Shown here one piece after another: positions 29,951 through 39,805 of a stretch of 64,000 nt of DNA (position 1 is its first letter; every line of letters starts with the position of its first letter). The stretch is from Candidatus Bathyarchaeia archaeon (GTDB taxonomy: Archaea > Thermoproteota > Bathyarchaeia > Bathyarchaeales > Bathycorpusculaceae). Below the pieces are notes generated by a model. That model was not told the DNA's origin, did no database searches, and was given only the letters and a program-made list of their open reading frames with translations. The stretch lies in NCBI GenBank assembly GCA_049516875.1, contig JBEKSS010000002.1:96001-160000 (forward strand). Reading direction: 5' to 3'. Both the position numbers and the translations under genes were made by a program.

Positions 29951-30984
29951 ATGCCTAGAACTGCTGCTCCGTGGGAAACTGAACGCAGACTGTTGGTGAA
30001 GGCTGAAGACAAGACGGATCCAAGCTTTGGATGCAAACCTGAGGACAGATCGGCTGAGGATTACTTGAAGTACGGAGTAATCAATCTGGACAAACCTTCA
30101 GGACCGTCGAGTCACGAAGTAGCCGCTTGGGTCAAACGTATTCTCAAGCTTCAACAGGTTGGTCACGGCGGGACTCTAGAGGCTTAGGAAATAGCCAGAG
30201 AAATCCCAAAGTAACCGGCGTTCTGCCAGTCACGCTAGAGGAGGCTACCAGAGTCGTTCAGGCACTGCTTCACAGCGGGAAAGAATACGTGTGCGTGATG
30301 AAGCTTCACGGAGAAGTGGGATCCGAACAAGTCAAAAAGGTTCTTGGCGAATTTGAAGATATGATTTATCAGCGTCCGCCTCTGCGAGCGTCGGTCAAGC
30401 GCCAACTGCGGACGCGACGGATTTACTACTTGGATTTTCTTGAAATGGAAGGTCGGAACGTTCTTTTCAAGGTCGGATGTGAAGGGGGAACTTACATTCG
30501 GAAACTGTGTTTCGACGTTGGGGAGGTTCTGGGGTGCGGAGCGCACATGCAAGAACTGCGAAGAACGAGAGCTGGGCCTTTTGTTGAAGATAACAGCGTG
30601 ATCTTGCATGATGCAGCATACTGGTTCATGAAGTGGCAGGAGAAGAAAGACGAGAAATTGCTGAAACAATTCGTTCAGCCAATGGAAAATGCTCTTGCTC
30701 TCGTTCCGAAAATCTACATAAGAGACTCTGCAGTGGACGCTGTTTGCCACGGCGCCAGTCTCACGGCACCTGGCGTTCTATCCCTTGAAACAGGAATACG
30801 CAGCGACTTAATGATTGCCGTTTTATCCCTAAAAGGCGAGGCGGTTGCCTTGGCCAAAGCCATGGCCAATTCAGAAGAAACTCTTAACATGGAACACGGA
30901 GTCGTCGCCAAGACAATGCGAGTGCTCATGCCCCGGGGCACATACCCTAAGGGCTGGAAGAGCAGCGGCGAAAAGAATGGCTAA
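29951..30984 (+). CDS. cbf5: H/ACA pseudouridine synthase Cbf5; exons 29951-30179 and 30203-30984 (336 aa after splicing)
   Basis: GVINLDKPSGPSSHEV..GHGGTL(D)PKVTGVL, KEYVC, GTYIRKL, PUA domain; frames join once the 23-nt intron is removed. Confidence 0.95.
30180..30202 (+). other. 23-nt bulge-helix-bulge mRNA intron
   Basis: ggga-ctct-aga-ggct(taggaaat)agcc-agag-aaa-tccc forms a canonical BHB. Confidence 0.93.
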
Positions 30985-31594
30985 AGAAGCCAAAAACATG
31001 GAACACTACTTTGCCGCGCATCCAAAATCAAGGCCACGATACGGCCTGATCCGTGCTTACCTTCGAGGAAGGCCTTTCGAGTTTCTGACAGCCTCAGGGG
31101 TGTTTTCAAAACAGCGGGTCGATTTGGGCACTCGACTGCTGATTGAATCCATGCTGTTGCCTAAGAAAGGTTGCGCCTTGGATATGGGTTGCGGGTATGG
31201 CGTCGTTGGAATTGCAGTGGCAGCATTTAACCCCCGTCTGTACGTGATTTTGGTTGACGTGAACGCGCGTGCGGTTTGGCTTGCAAGACAGAATGTTGAG
31301 AAGAACCTCGTCAACAACGCAGAAGTCAGGCGCGGTTGCCTCTATGCACCCGTAGAGGACTTGATTTTCGATTGTGTGCTCTCAAATCCGCCGGTAAGCG
31401 CGGGTCTTGAAACCGTCAAAGCGATTATAGTTGAAGCGCCCAGACATATGACCTGCAGAGGCGTTTTCCAAATGGTTGTAAAATCCAAGGTTGGAGGCAA
31501 GAGGTTGCGCGCTATTTTCGAGGAAGCTTTCGGAAATGTTGAGGTTTTGGCGAGAGAAAGCGGCTATCGCGTGCTAATGTCTAGGAGACAATAG
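30977..31594 (+). CDS. RsmC/MTS-like small methyltransferase
   Basis: EHYF..SGVFSKQRVDLGTRLL, LDMGCGYG, SNPP. Confidence 0.9.
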   Translation: MAKEAKNMEHYFAAHPKSRPRYGLIRAYLRGRPFEFLTASGVFSKQRVDLGTRLLIESMLLPKKGCALDMGCGYGVVGIAVAAFNPRLYVILVDVNARAVWLARQNVEKNLVNNAEVRRGCLYAPVEDLIFDCVLSNPPVSAGLETVKAIIVEAPRHMTCRGVFQMVVKSKVGGKRLRAIFEEAFGNVEVLARESGYRVLMSRRQ

Positions 31595-31682
31595 TTCGAA
31601 GTGCTAACTCATCTAATGTACAGGCTGGTGCTGGAAAACCTATAATAAACTACTGTGCTTGAATATGAGTTGTTGCATTTGC

Positions 31683-31795
31683 GCCGGGGTATCCTAGCCA
31701 GGTAGGGAGCAAGCCTGGAGACGTTTCCAGATGAAGCGCCTAACAGCTTGTGGCCTCTCGGGGCCGCGTGGGTTCAAATCCCACCCCTGGCGCCA
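31683..31795 (+). tRNA. tRNA-Ser(GGA) with 24-nt intron at 37/38 (31721-31744) and encoded CCA
   Basis: Acceptor gccgggg/ccctggc, anticodon stem caagc/gcttg, long variable arm, T arm gtggg-ttcaaat-cccac. Confidence 0.92.
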
Positions 31796-31828
31796 TCGCA
31801 CTTGACCAGAGTGACTTGGGGAAGGTTC

Positions 31829-32248
31829 ATGTCGTTTCATGAAAAATCTTGCGGAGCCGTCGTCTTCAAACGAAATGGAGAAGTCGAATACCTTCTCTTA
31901 CACTACGAGGCGGGCCACTGGGACTACGTGAAAGGGCAGGTTGAACAGGATGAGAGCGAAAAGGACACGGTTACCCGGGAACTCAAAGAGGAAACAGGCA
32001 TCACCAATGCACGTTTTATCGAGGGTTTCAGAGAAGAAATAAGCTATTTTTACAGAAGGAGGGGTAGAACGGTGCACAAGGAGGTCATCTTTTTTCTAAT
32101 CGAAACCAAAGACAGCAATGTAAAATTGTCCTACGAACACGTGGGGTATGAATGGCTCAACTATGAAAAAGCGATGGCAAAGCTCACCTTCGCGAACGCC
32201 AAAAAGGTCCTGGCAAAGGCACACGGCTTCCTAGAAAAACAGGGGTGA
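31829..32248 (+). CDS. NUDIX hydrolase (Ap4A hydrolase-like)
   Basis: EKSCGAVVF, GHWDYVKG..RELKEETG, LSYEH. Confidence 0.9.
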   Translation: MSFHEKSCGAVVFKRNGEVEYLLLHYEAGHWDYVKGQVEQDESEKDTVTRELKEETGITNARFIEGFREEISYFYRRRGRTVHKEVIFFLIETKDSNVKLSYEHVGYEWLNYEKAMAKLTFANAKKVLAKAHGFLEKQG

Positions 32249-32304
32249 CACAAGCAGGCTAATGTGCATCATTCGTGCTTTGGGCTTGAAACTTGTGGTT
32301 CTGT

Positions 32305-33228
32305 TCATGCTGTTTCACTCGTTTTCTTAATCACATCGTTTATTGAGGCTACTGATTTTTCGAATTCTCTCTTCGTCTCGGTGTCGAGTTTGAGCTCCAA
32401 AATCCTTTCGACGCCATTCTCTCCAAGAACACATGGCACACCAATTGAAATGTCGGAAAAACCGTATTCACCCTGCAGATAGGTGGAGACGCCCATGACC
32501 CTGTTTCTCCCCCTTAAAACAGCATCCGCCATGATGGCGATGACTGCACTTGGAGCATAGGTCGTGGCTCCCTTGAGTTTTATCACGTCTGAACCTGAAC
32601 TTCTTGTCAAACTCACTATCTTCTCAATCTGCTGCTTGTCCAGCAATTCTGTTATCGGTATACCTGAAACAGAGGCATACTTCACGAGAGGCACCATGGA
32701 ATCTCCGTGCTCCCCGATTACTAGACCGCGAATATCTTCTCTTGAAACCCCAAGCTCCAGCGCGATGTACGACCTGAAACGCAGAGTGTCCAGAATGTTT
32801 CCCATCCCGAAAACCCGGTTCCTCTGAAAGCCAGACTCCTTGTAGGCAACGTACGTCATGACGTCAACAGGATTAGACACCATCATTAGTTTGCAGTCTG
32901 GACAATACTTCACAACTTCCTTCACCACAGACTTGACAATCTTCGCGTTCTTGCCTGCAAGGTCAAACCGGCTCATTCCAGGCTGTCTCGCCTGGCCAGC
33001 AGTGACGATGACGAGCTCCGAACCTTCCATTTCACTGTAGTCACTCGTCCCCCTAATGTTCCCGTCAAATTCGATAGCGGGCGCGGCCTGCATCATGTCC
33101 AGGGCTTCACCTTGGGCCAGATTCTCGGCAATATCAACTAGAACAACATCGCTAATCCTGAATCCCAGAATGCTGAAGGCTGCAGCACTTCCGACCTTTC
33201 CAGCACCTACAATCGAAATCATGAACAC
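32305..33228 (-). CDS. mdh: LDH-like malate dehydrogenase
   Basis: IVGAGKVG, TAGQARQPGMSRFDL, SNPVD, LDTLRF, GEHGDSMVP. Confidence 0.92.
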   Translation of the reverse strand: MFMISIVGAGKVGSAAAFSILGFRISDVVLVDIAENLAQGEALDMMQAAPAIEFDGNIRGTSDYSEMEGSELVIVTAGQARQPGMSRFDLAGKNAKIVKSVVKEVVKYCPDCKLMMVSNPVDVMTYVAYKESGFQRNRVFGMGNILDTLRFRSYIALELGVSREDIRGLVIGEHGDSMVPLVKYASVSGIPITELLDKQQIEKIVSLTRSSGSDVIKLKGATTYAPSAVIAIMADAVLRGRNRVMGVSTYLQGEYGFSDISIGVPCVLGENGVERILELKLDTETKREFEKSVASINDVIKKTSETA

Positions 33229-33455
33229 CTAGTAAAACTTGGTTTTACATAACTCTTTTTCTTTTCTACAACTCTGTGCACTCTTGCATTTCACAACTTG
33301 CAGCGGCTCGTTCATGACAACGCAGGCCTTGACTTTTGGCTCTGAAGTCAGTTGTTCCGCAAGAGCCTTGTTCACCGGCGCACTGTTCTAGTACGAGTAC
33401 GCGCGCTCAAACACAGTGCAAATTTTATATGTAATGTAGTCTGTTATGTTTTGAC

Positions 33456-35282
33456 GTGGTTTCCGTGGGGAAGGAAAAGAATGTCTTTGATAATCGACCG
33501 GTTGTTCTGCGTTCCAGTCGTGTTTTACTTCTTACTTCGTTATTGATTGTTTCTTTGATCTTGGTTTTCTCATTCAAACCCCACGTTAACGCACAGACTC
33601 CTCAGGAGCTGGCAGTAATGTATTCTCCGGTTCTCTATTTCACAGGGGGCGAAAAGTTCTATCCTACGAGCGTGGACTACATCATTTCAAGGTCGACGCT
33701 AGTCCGGCATTCAGACGTTGCTGTTCTCGTCAACTCGCTTACTCCTGCTATGCTAGGTTTGTACACCTCTTCAGACCTGTTCCTGAACAATACGCTGGGA
33801 ACAGTGGACGCAATAGTTGCGGATTACGCTTTGGAAGCTAAGGCTAATGGATATTATGCCTACGCTCATGTGGTCAACACGGGTTCATCAACAGTAATTC
33901 AGTATTGGCTGTTCTACGCATACAACAACGGTCCTTTGAATGACCATCAGGGTGACATTGAGGTTGTCGAAGTGTTCATAGACCTTTCTGGAACACCACG
34001 GACTCTATTGTGTTCGCAGCATTTTGCCGGAGAAAATGCGGCTTGGGGCGATGTTGAGAAAGAAGGCACGCATCCTGTGGTTTATGTTGCCCAAGGGTCG
34101 CATGCCAACTATTTCCGGTCTTTCCAGGGCAAGATAGGGCTTGAGAATGATAATGTTGGAAGCGACGGCATAACTGTGAGATTTAATCAGTCCAGTCTAG
34201 TCATGCTGGAAAGCCAAGGCTGGCTGAACTTTGCAGGACGATGGGGATATTGGGGAACGGCAGAAGAAGTTGCCGCGGGAATGGCAGGGCCTCTGGGGCC
34301 TGTTTTCAATCAAGATGGCATCCGCTGGGCGCAGCCTGAAAACTATCTTGGCAAAACCTTCTCCGTAGGAGGAAACTACTTCATGCTTGCTTGGTTGCTC
34401 GCCAATTTCCTGTTGTTTTTCATCATTTACGTTGCAGTCAGAGGCGGTTGGAAAATCTATGGCATAGTAAAACTGAGGAAAAAGAGCGGCTTGATGGTGA
34501 AGAAGTTTCTCAGAAGCCGCGGTGGTCCATCTTTAATGCTTGGCATCGCTGCGATCGTGATAACGCTAATAGCGCTTTTCTTACCATGGTACACGATAAG
34601 CGCGTCCTCTGAAGCCGGTCCTCTGGCTAAGCAGGGTGGTGTGACTGTTATGACTATTAATGGAATTAGCGGACTGCAAGTTAACATGTTTCTTGGTGGC
34701 GGCGAATCAACATCTGGCTTCAGAAGTCTGTTCTCGACACAATTTCCGTTTGCTCTGATATTCCTCGCAGGTCTCCTTCTGCTATCGTTAGATGTGATAG
34801 GTGTCAAGAGCGGCAGAAAGCTTGGAAACAAATTCATCTGGGGAGCGATCACATCTCTGTTTCCCTTCATCCTGATACTCGTCTTCATAATGATTTTGCC
34901 AATGTTCCTGCCTTGGGCCTCAGCGATCTTGCCAGGCCAAGAAGTGCCGTCGGAAGTCGGCACCATGGTGCGTACTGTAGCTTCGAACCCGATCTACGGC
35001 ACAAATAGTCAAGTTTTCCCAGTTGTTGGAGTGACAACTGTATCTTGGGGTTTGGGAATTGGGGCCTACCTCTTCCTTGTAGCTGCAATAATTAGGATAC
35101 TGGCAGGCTTTATGATGCGAAAAGCGCCGGAACTTCAGGCAGAGTCTGCGTCACAACCACAACCTGCACAGCCCCAACCTGAACAACCTCAACCTGAGAC
35201 TTCTCCGTCCGCGCGCGTGCTACGATCTGTAACAAAAAGCTTTCAGAATCAGAGAGAGACAGAAGTTCAATGGCAGCAATGA
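33456..35282 (+). CDS. Vps62-like domain protein with C-terminal multi-TM region
   Basis: IQYWLFYAYN..HQGDIE..SQH..HPVVYVAQGSHANY..FAGRWG..GPLGP. Confidence 0.7.
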   Translation: MVSVGKEKNVFDNRPVVLRSSRVLLLTSLLIVSLILVFSFKPHVNAQTPQELAVMYSPVLYFTGGEKFYPTSVDYIISRSTLVRHSDVAVLVNSLTPAMLGLYTSSDLFLNNTLGTVDAIVADYALEAKANGYYAYAHVVNTGSSTVIQYWLFYAYNNGPLNDHQGDIEVVEVFIDLSGTPRTLLCSQHFAGENAAWGDVEKEGTHPVVYVAQGSHANYFRSFQGKIGLENDNVGSDGITVRFNQSSLVMLESQGWLNFAGRWGYWGTAEEVAAGMAGPLGPVFNQDGIRWAQPENYLGKTFSVGGNYFMLAWLLANFLLFFIIYVAVRGGWKIYGIVKLRKKSGLMVKKFLRSRGGPSLMLGIAAIVITLIALFLPWYTISASSEAGPLAKQGGVTVMTINGISGLQVNMFLGGGESTSGFRSLFSTQFPFALIFLAGLLLLSLDVIGVKSGRKLGNKFIWGAITSLFPFILILVFIMILPMFLPWASAILPGQEVPSEVGTMVRTVASNPIYGTNSQVFPVVGVTTVSWGLGIGAYLFLVAAIIRILAGFMMRKAPELQAESASQPQPAQPQPEQPQPETSPSARVLRSVTKSFQNQRETEVQWQQ

Positions 35283-35753
35283 AGGCTCTAAGGACAGACT
35301 TGTTTTTGTTTTTGACGACCATGTTTTTGTAACAAAGTGTAACCTGAAGCTCCTTATGGCAATGTTGGAAAGTCCATGAAATGTAACAAGTGACTTAGCG
35401 CGCTTTATTTTTTTGGGCATGGTTTTGGTCGAATGTTTGCTCGGGCTTGGAGAAGCTGAGGGGAGAAAGAAGATAATCTAGAGTGACTGCTTCTCTAAAC
35501 CCCTGTTCGAAAAGGGCCTTCCAACCTACCGAGACTGTGTTTGTGCTTTTGGATTTTTGTGGGTGGAGGTCTCCAGCAAGGGGTTTGAATCTTCAGCGCG
35601 CCATCTTGGCAAATAGTGCATGTTCTTGTCTTAGCACGATGTGAAGGGGATTTTACTTGTTGACCATGGCCTTGGGAATCGGGTGGTGAAGAATTCTTCA
35701 TAAGAAAATCTTTAACCGGGAAGGGATGTTGATTTTTATGGAGGTTCGTTAGC

Positions 35754-36674
35754 TTGAGTGACGAGGAGACTTATTCGCTGATTTTCAAGTCTTTGAACCA
35801 TCCTATTCGAAGAAGAATTTTGAGGATGTTGCAGGATAATGAATTGGCCTTCTCTCAGATTCTTGAGACGCTTTCGATGGACAGTGGGCATCTGAGCTAT
35901 CACCTTGAGGGTTTGGGAGACTTGGTCACTCGTTCTCCAGAGGGAAAGTACAGATTGTCCAGCTTTGGTTTGGCTGCTGTTAAACTGATGAGCGGGGTCG
36001 AGGAGCATCATCCGCCAGGAGTCTCCAAGTCCAGAAGCAGAGTTGATGTGGTCTTCAAGATTTTCTCGCTTGTGCTTGCAGTTGCCCTGTTATCAATGAG
36101 CCTTTATGCCGTGAACCTAACGACGCAGACAGATGGTGAACTCGCCTCAGTAAACGCCATTCCAATAGTGCTAGGTGCAAACCAGAACTTCAGTTATCCC
36201 GTAAGTCTGACCTACCAATCCAGCACTACGGAATCGCGTGGGTTTTCCGTCGAGATTCTTCGTCCTCTAGACTCTTTTGCGGCATGGACGGAGTATTTCT
36301 TTCGGTTTGATTTCCATTTCAACACCAGCTATTACATGTTCATCGCCCTCTACGATCCGTCTGGAAAAGTCTTGAGCCACATTGGGCCTTTGGCGGGCTC
36401 TGAAGACCTTGAACCTGGCTACAACTTCGGCACGGGGAGCGTCGCCACATTCACTGCACTTGGCACCTACCGGATTGAAATTCAAAACCAGAAAGCAGAT
36501 TTGCTTTCGGCCAACATGAGCTTACATCTGAAGTATACGTCTTTTCAAAGACCACTTTTCTACCAAGGACTCGCTGCACTCGTTGTGACGATTCTTTATC
36601 CGGTCACAGTGTTTTCCAGTTGGTTCTGGATGAAAAAGCAGAAACGCACCGAGCGATCCGCCAAGAAAGCTTAA
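35754..36674 (+). CDS. ArsR-type winged-helix regulator with TM and extracellular domain
   Basis: IFKSLNHPIRRRILRML..SGHLSYHL..YRLS followed by a TM helix. Confidence 0.85.
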   Translation: MSDEETYSLIFKSLNHPIRRRILRMLQDNELAFSQILETLSMDSGHLSYHLEGLGDLVTRSPEGKYRLSSFGLAAVKLMSGVEEHHPPGVSKSRSRVDVVFKIFSLVLAVALLSMSLYAVNLTTQTDGELASVNAIPIVLGANQNFSYPVSLTYQSSTTESRGFSVEILRPLDSFAAWTEYFFRFDFHFNTSYYMFIALYDPSGKVLSHIGPLAGSEDLEPGYNFGTGSVATFTALGTYRIEIQNQKADLLSANMSLHLKYTSFQRPLFYQGLAALVVTILYPVTVFSSWFWMKKQKRTERSAKKA

Positions 36675-36722
36675 TTAATCAAAATTCTTCTTTACTCAGC
36701 ACGGCGCCTAGGCCATTTGACA

Positions 36723-36830
36723 GCCCTGGTAGTATAGTCCGGTCTAGTATATGCGGCTGTCGCCCGCAGGACATCACTGAGAAAAACACTCTGTGACATG
36801 AGCCGGGTCCAAATCCCGGCCAGGGCGCCA
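36723..36830 (+). tRNA. tRNA-Asp(GTC) with ~30-nt insertion in the variable region and encoded CCA
   Basis: Acceptor gccctgg/ccagggc, anticodon stem tgcgg/ccgca with GTC at 36759-36761, T arm ccggg-tccaaat-cccgg. Confidence 0.88.
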
Positions 36831-36839
36831 TATCTTTGA

Positions 36840-37133
36840 TTAGGTAGTCTTGTCCTTCTCTTCTTTTTCTTGGACAAGACGTTTCAGTTTTCTTTCCATC
36901 TTTAGTTCATAAACGTGCTCTTTCGCAGGTGGAGGCAACTCTTCTCTCTCAAAAAGCAGATTTGGAGCCACAATGCGTCTTTCTCCCCTTCTAACCTTGA
37001 TTTTCTGACCATCGACAACATCTTCGAAAGCTTCCAAGGCCTCCACAATCCAGTTTCCTCGGCTTTTGGTTTGGACTTTAACCTTGTGCTTCCCCTTGTA
37101 GTATCGGATTTCCCCGCTCAAGATCGATCCCAT
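36840..37133 (-). CDS. Basic hypothetical protein
   Basis: 97-aa Lys/Glu-rich ORF starting MGSILSGEIRYYKG. Confidence 0.6.
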   Translation of the reverse strand: MGSILSGEIRYYKGKHKVKVQTKSRGNWIVEALEAFEDVVDGQKIKVRRGERRIVAPNLLFEREELPPPAKEHVYELKMERKLKRLVQEKEEKDKTT

Positions 37134-37251
37134 CAATATGTTCGTGTGGCAGTGGATATAAAACACGCGCCAGATAGAACATGGCGATGGCCTCAAACTG
37201 ATTGCAGAAAGCATAAGAATCCCTTTCAATCATCATTCTACAGGATGAAAA

Positions 37252-38592
37252 TTGGCCTCATCCTCGCCCCACCATGCTTACTCGGACACCTGGTTACATG
37301 AAATCCTACGGAATACAGGCGTCAATCTGGATGAGGGCCCAACCGTAACTGCCAGAGCCTCCAAGAGCGGCCTGTGCGTGGTCTGCAAGGGTTCAAGACT
37401 TCTCTGCGGCAAAACCCGTTGCCCAATCATAGTGAAAGTCAACTATTACTTGAAGAGCGTTCCTTTAATGAGCAGCGAAGACGTATCTGGAGCCTCACCT
37501 CCAAGCGTGTTCATTGGCAGAATGGGATACCCGAATGTTTACGCTGGACCGCTTGTTCCTCCTGTGGATGCAGATACGAGCCTTTATGACTTGCCTGAAT
37601 TCTGGTTTGGAAAATCGATAGACGAAATCGTGGCTTTCCGTTTAATGCTCATCCGCGGCAAACGTCGAGTTCACGTGAGAGAATTTGAAGCGGCTGGAAA
37701 AGTAATTGAAAAAACCCGGGAACTGGCCCTAGCTGATAAACCCGTTGACGTCGAGCTTATGCTGACCAAGAAGCCTCACGGTTCCATATTCCTGAGCGAC
37801 GACATCCAGCCGTTCGGGCCGTCTGCGCCAATTCGCGACCTAAGAGTAGGCAACACAAGCTGGGATCATCAGATTGAAAAGGCTTACAGCGACACTGATT
37901 TGAAGGCTGTCCCTGCTGTGCTCGAACTCTACAGCAAAGGCGTGCTTGGAACAAGAATTCAGAAGGCCTTCAGCGTCGGCGCCTTCGGCTTGGAAGAGAA
38001 CCGGCGCTTGGTGCCAACTCGATGGAGCATCACAGCCGTAGACGACATAATCTCCAAAAGCCTCATGGATCAAGTCAGACAGTTCCCAGAAATAAACGAA
38101 TACCGCATCTACGAATCCAAGTACTTGGACAACGTCTTCGAAGTCTTCATGTTGCCGAGGGAGTGGAGCTACGAAGCCATAGAAGCCTGGTACCCTGGAA
38201 CCGTTTGGAACCCAGATGGCAAACAAGTTGTCCTGTTTTCAGACTGGGAAGGTCACGAGAGACGAACGACCTACGCTCAAATCGGTGGATGCTACTACGC
38301 TGCGCGCTTAGCCGTTTGCGAACAACTGGTCAAGGAAAGAAGGCAGGCCACAGTAATCGTTCTGCGCGAGGCTCATCCCGGCTACATCATGCCAGTAGGC
38401 GTCTGGCAAGTAAGAGAGAATGTTAGGAATGCTATGCGGCAAAAACCCCTAATTTACAACACGCTAAGCGAAGCATTGGAAAGAATCGCAAATCAGTTCA
38501 GCATTCCACTTCAGAGCTGGATAAGAGAAAGTCACCTAATACGCAATTCACTGTTTCAGAAAAGAATCACTGATTTCATGCTCATGAAGTGA
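37252..38592 (+). CDS. nreA: Nre-family DNA repair protein
   Basis: CVVCKGSRLLCGKTRCP, SPPSVFIGRMGYP, RRLVPTRWSITAVD, C-terminal PIP box QKRITDF. Confidence 0.92.
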   Translation: MASSSPHHAYSDTWLHEILRNTGVNLDEGPTVTARASKSGLCVVCKGSRLLCGKTRCPIIVKVNYYLKSVPLMSSEDVSGASPPSVFIGRMGYPNVYAGPLVPPVDADTSLYDLPEFWFGKSIDEIVAFRLMLIRGKRRVHVREFEAAGKVIEKTRELALADKPVDVELMLTKKPHGSIFLSDDIQPFGPSAPIRDLRVGNTSWDHQIEKAYSDTDLKAVPAVLELYSKGVLGTRIQKAFSVGAFGLEENRRLVPTRWSITAVDDIISKSLMDQVRQFPEINEYRIYESKYLDNVFEVFMLPREWSYEAIEAWYPGTVWNPDGKQVVLFSDWEGHERRTTYAQIGGCYYAARLAVCEQLVKERRQATVIVLREAHPGYIMPVGVWQVRENVRNAMRQKPLIYNTLSEALERIANQFSIPLQSWIRESHLIRNSLFQKRITDFMLMK

Positions 38593-39242
38593 ACTGACAC
38601 AGAAACTAATCTTTTAGCCTCTTAATGAAGGCATAGAATTGCTCAATGAACCGGTACACGTGTGCTAGAGTCAATGCGAATACAATGGGATTTGGCCATC
38701 AAGGCAGCGGGCTCGCTAGCTTTTCAGGCGTGAAAAGCTGAAAGTCTTAAAAGGAATATCAATGAAGGCCTGCAAAGTGAACTTTTAAAACCGAAAACGC
38801 ATAGCAGGGACCGAAGCGGATGAGTGGAAGAGGCGATATCCTCACTGAGCACTTAGCGGCCAAGCATAAGACCAGGCAGTTACCAGACTACCGATTACCG
38901 TTCAACGTATGATGTCCAGAAAGTACCTGAGTTTGTTCTCCCGGAAGACCAAAAGGATTTTGTTGAAATCGTCAAAAGATGTAGCAGGAAGACTTGGTTT
39001 TACGGGCGAAATAGCCGATGTTATGAAGAAGAATATCGTTCGAAGGGAACACCGAAAAGGGGTTGAAAACATAAGAACCTTTCCAACTCCCGTAGCTAGT
39101 TCTCGAAAAAGAGTTGAGGGCAAGAAGTCGAAAGACCAAGTTGAATCCTTTCTGCGGTAGAACTAGGAGAAAAACTCTCCACTTTCTTTTAGACCCACCT
39201 GTCTCTGAATCAACAAACTCTAGAAAACTTTACTAAATTTCC

Positions 39243-39659
39243 CTATTGTGTGCGCCCTGCTCTTCTAAGTAGCCAAGAGGACAATTCTGTTCTAATGGCG
39301 TCCTCATCCACACGTCCGACTTCTTTTGATTCTCTTTCAACCTTGGCTTTCTTTTTGTACTCCTCAACTCGCTTGTTTGTGCCCGTGACAAGCTCTTCAA
39401 GCCAGCCGAGCTTTTCTCCCACTCGGTCTCGAGTGGTTACAAGCCTCAACTCTCTTCCAACGATGACCACTTTCCTATCCCAGAAGTCTAGGCTAGACCA
39501 CAATTCCTGCTCAAACAGCCTGTACCAAATGTAAGAAGGTTCAGAGTCCAAGGGCAAAGCTATAATGTACGCGCTAGGATAGAAGGGATCCTTCTGGATG
39601 CTCATACTGTCAGGATCGATAGGATGTTTAATGCTAACCTTATCAGACGTTTCACCCAT
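39243..39659 (-). CDS. Hypothetical protein
   Basis: 138-aa ORF with plausible composition; no motif recognised. Confidence 0.6.
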   Translation of the reverse strand: MGETSDKVSIKHPIDPDSMSIQKDPFYPSAYIIALPLDSEPSYIWYRLFEQELWSSLDFWDRKVVIVGRELRLVTTRDRVGEKLGWLEELVTGTNKRVEEYKKKAKVERESKEVGRVDEDAIRTELSSWLLRRAGRTQ

Positions 39660-39805
39660 TCATTATCCCAGTTTTAGACTAGGCTGCATCATGAATTAAA
39701 GCTTGTGCTCACCCACTGAACGGATTGAAAGAACTGAAAAGTGAGGGTCGATTTTCCCAGAATCAAAACTTCAGTGCAGTTAATGGTCTTAAAGATTGGC
39801 AGTTG

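Noticed and set aside
30127-30984. cbf5 as two genes, a frameshifted pseudogene or a programmed frameshift
   Set aside because: A canonical BHB whose excision exactly restores the TLDP motif explains the split.
35150-35200. Short caacc(t/a) tandem repeats
   Set aside because: They encode a Pro/Gln linker (QPQPAQPQPEQPQP) in the Vps62-like protein.
31683-36830. Integrated element between the two tRNA genes
   Set aside because: No integrase and no duplicated tRNA 3' end; contents include housekeeping mdh and NUDIX genes.
37121-37130. GATCGATC in the core region
   Set aside because: It lies within codons MGSIL of an apparently intact gene, so it was not counted as a junction scar.
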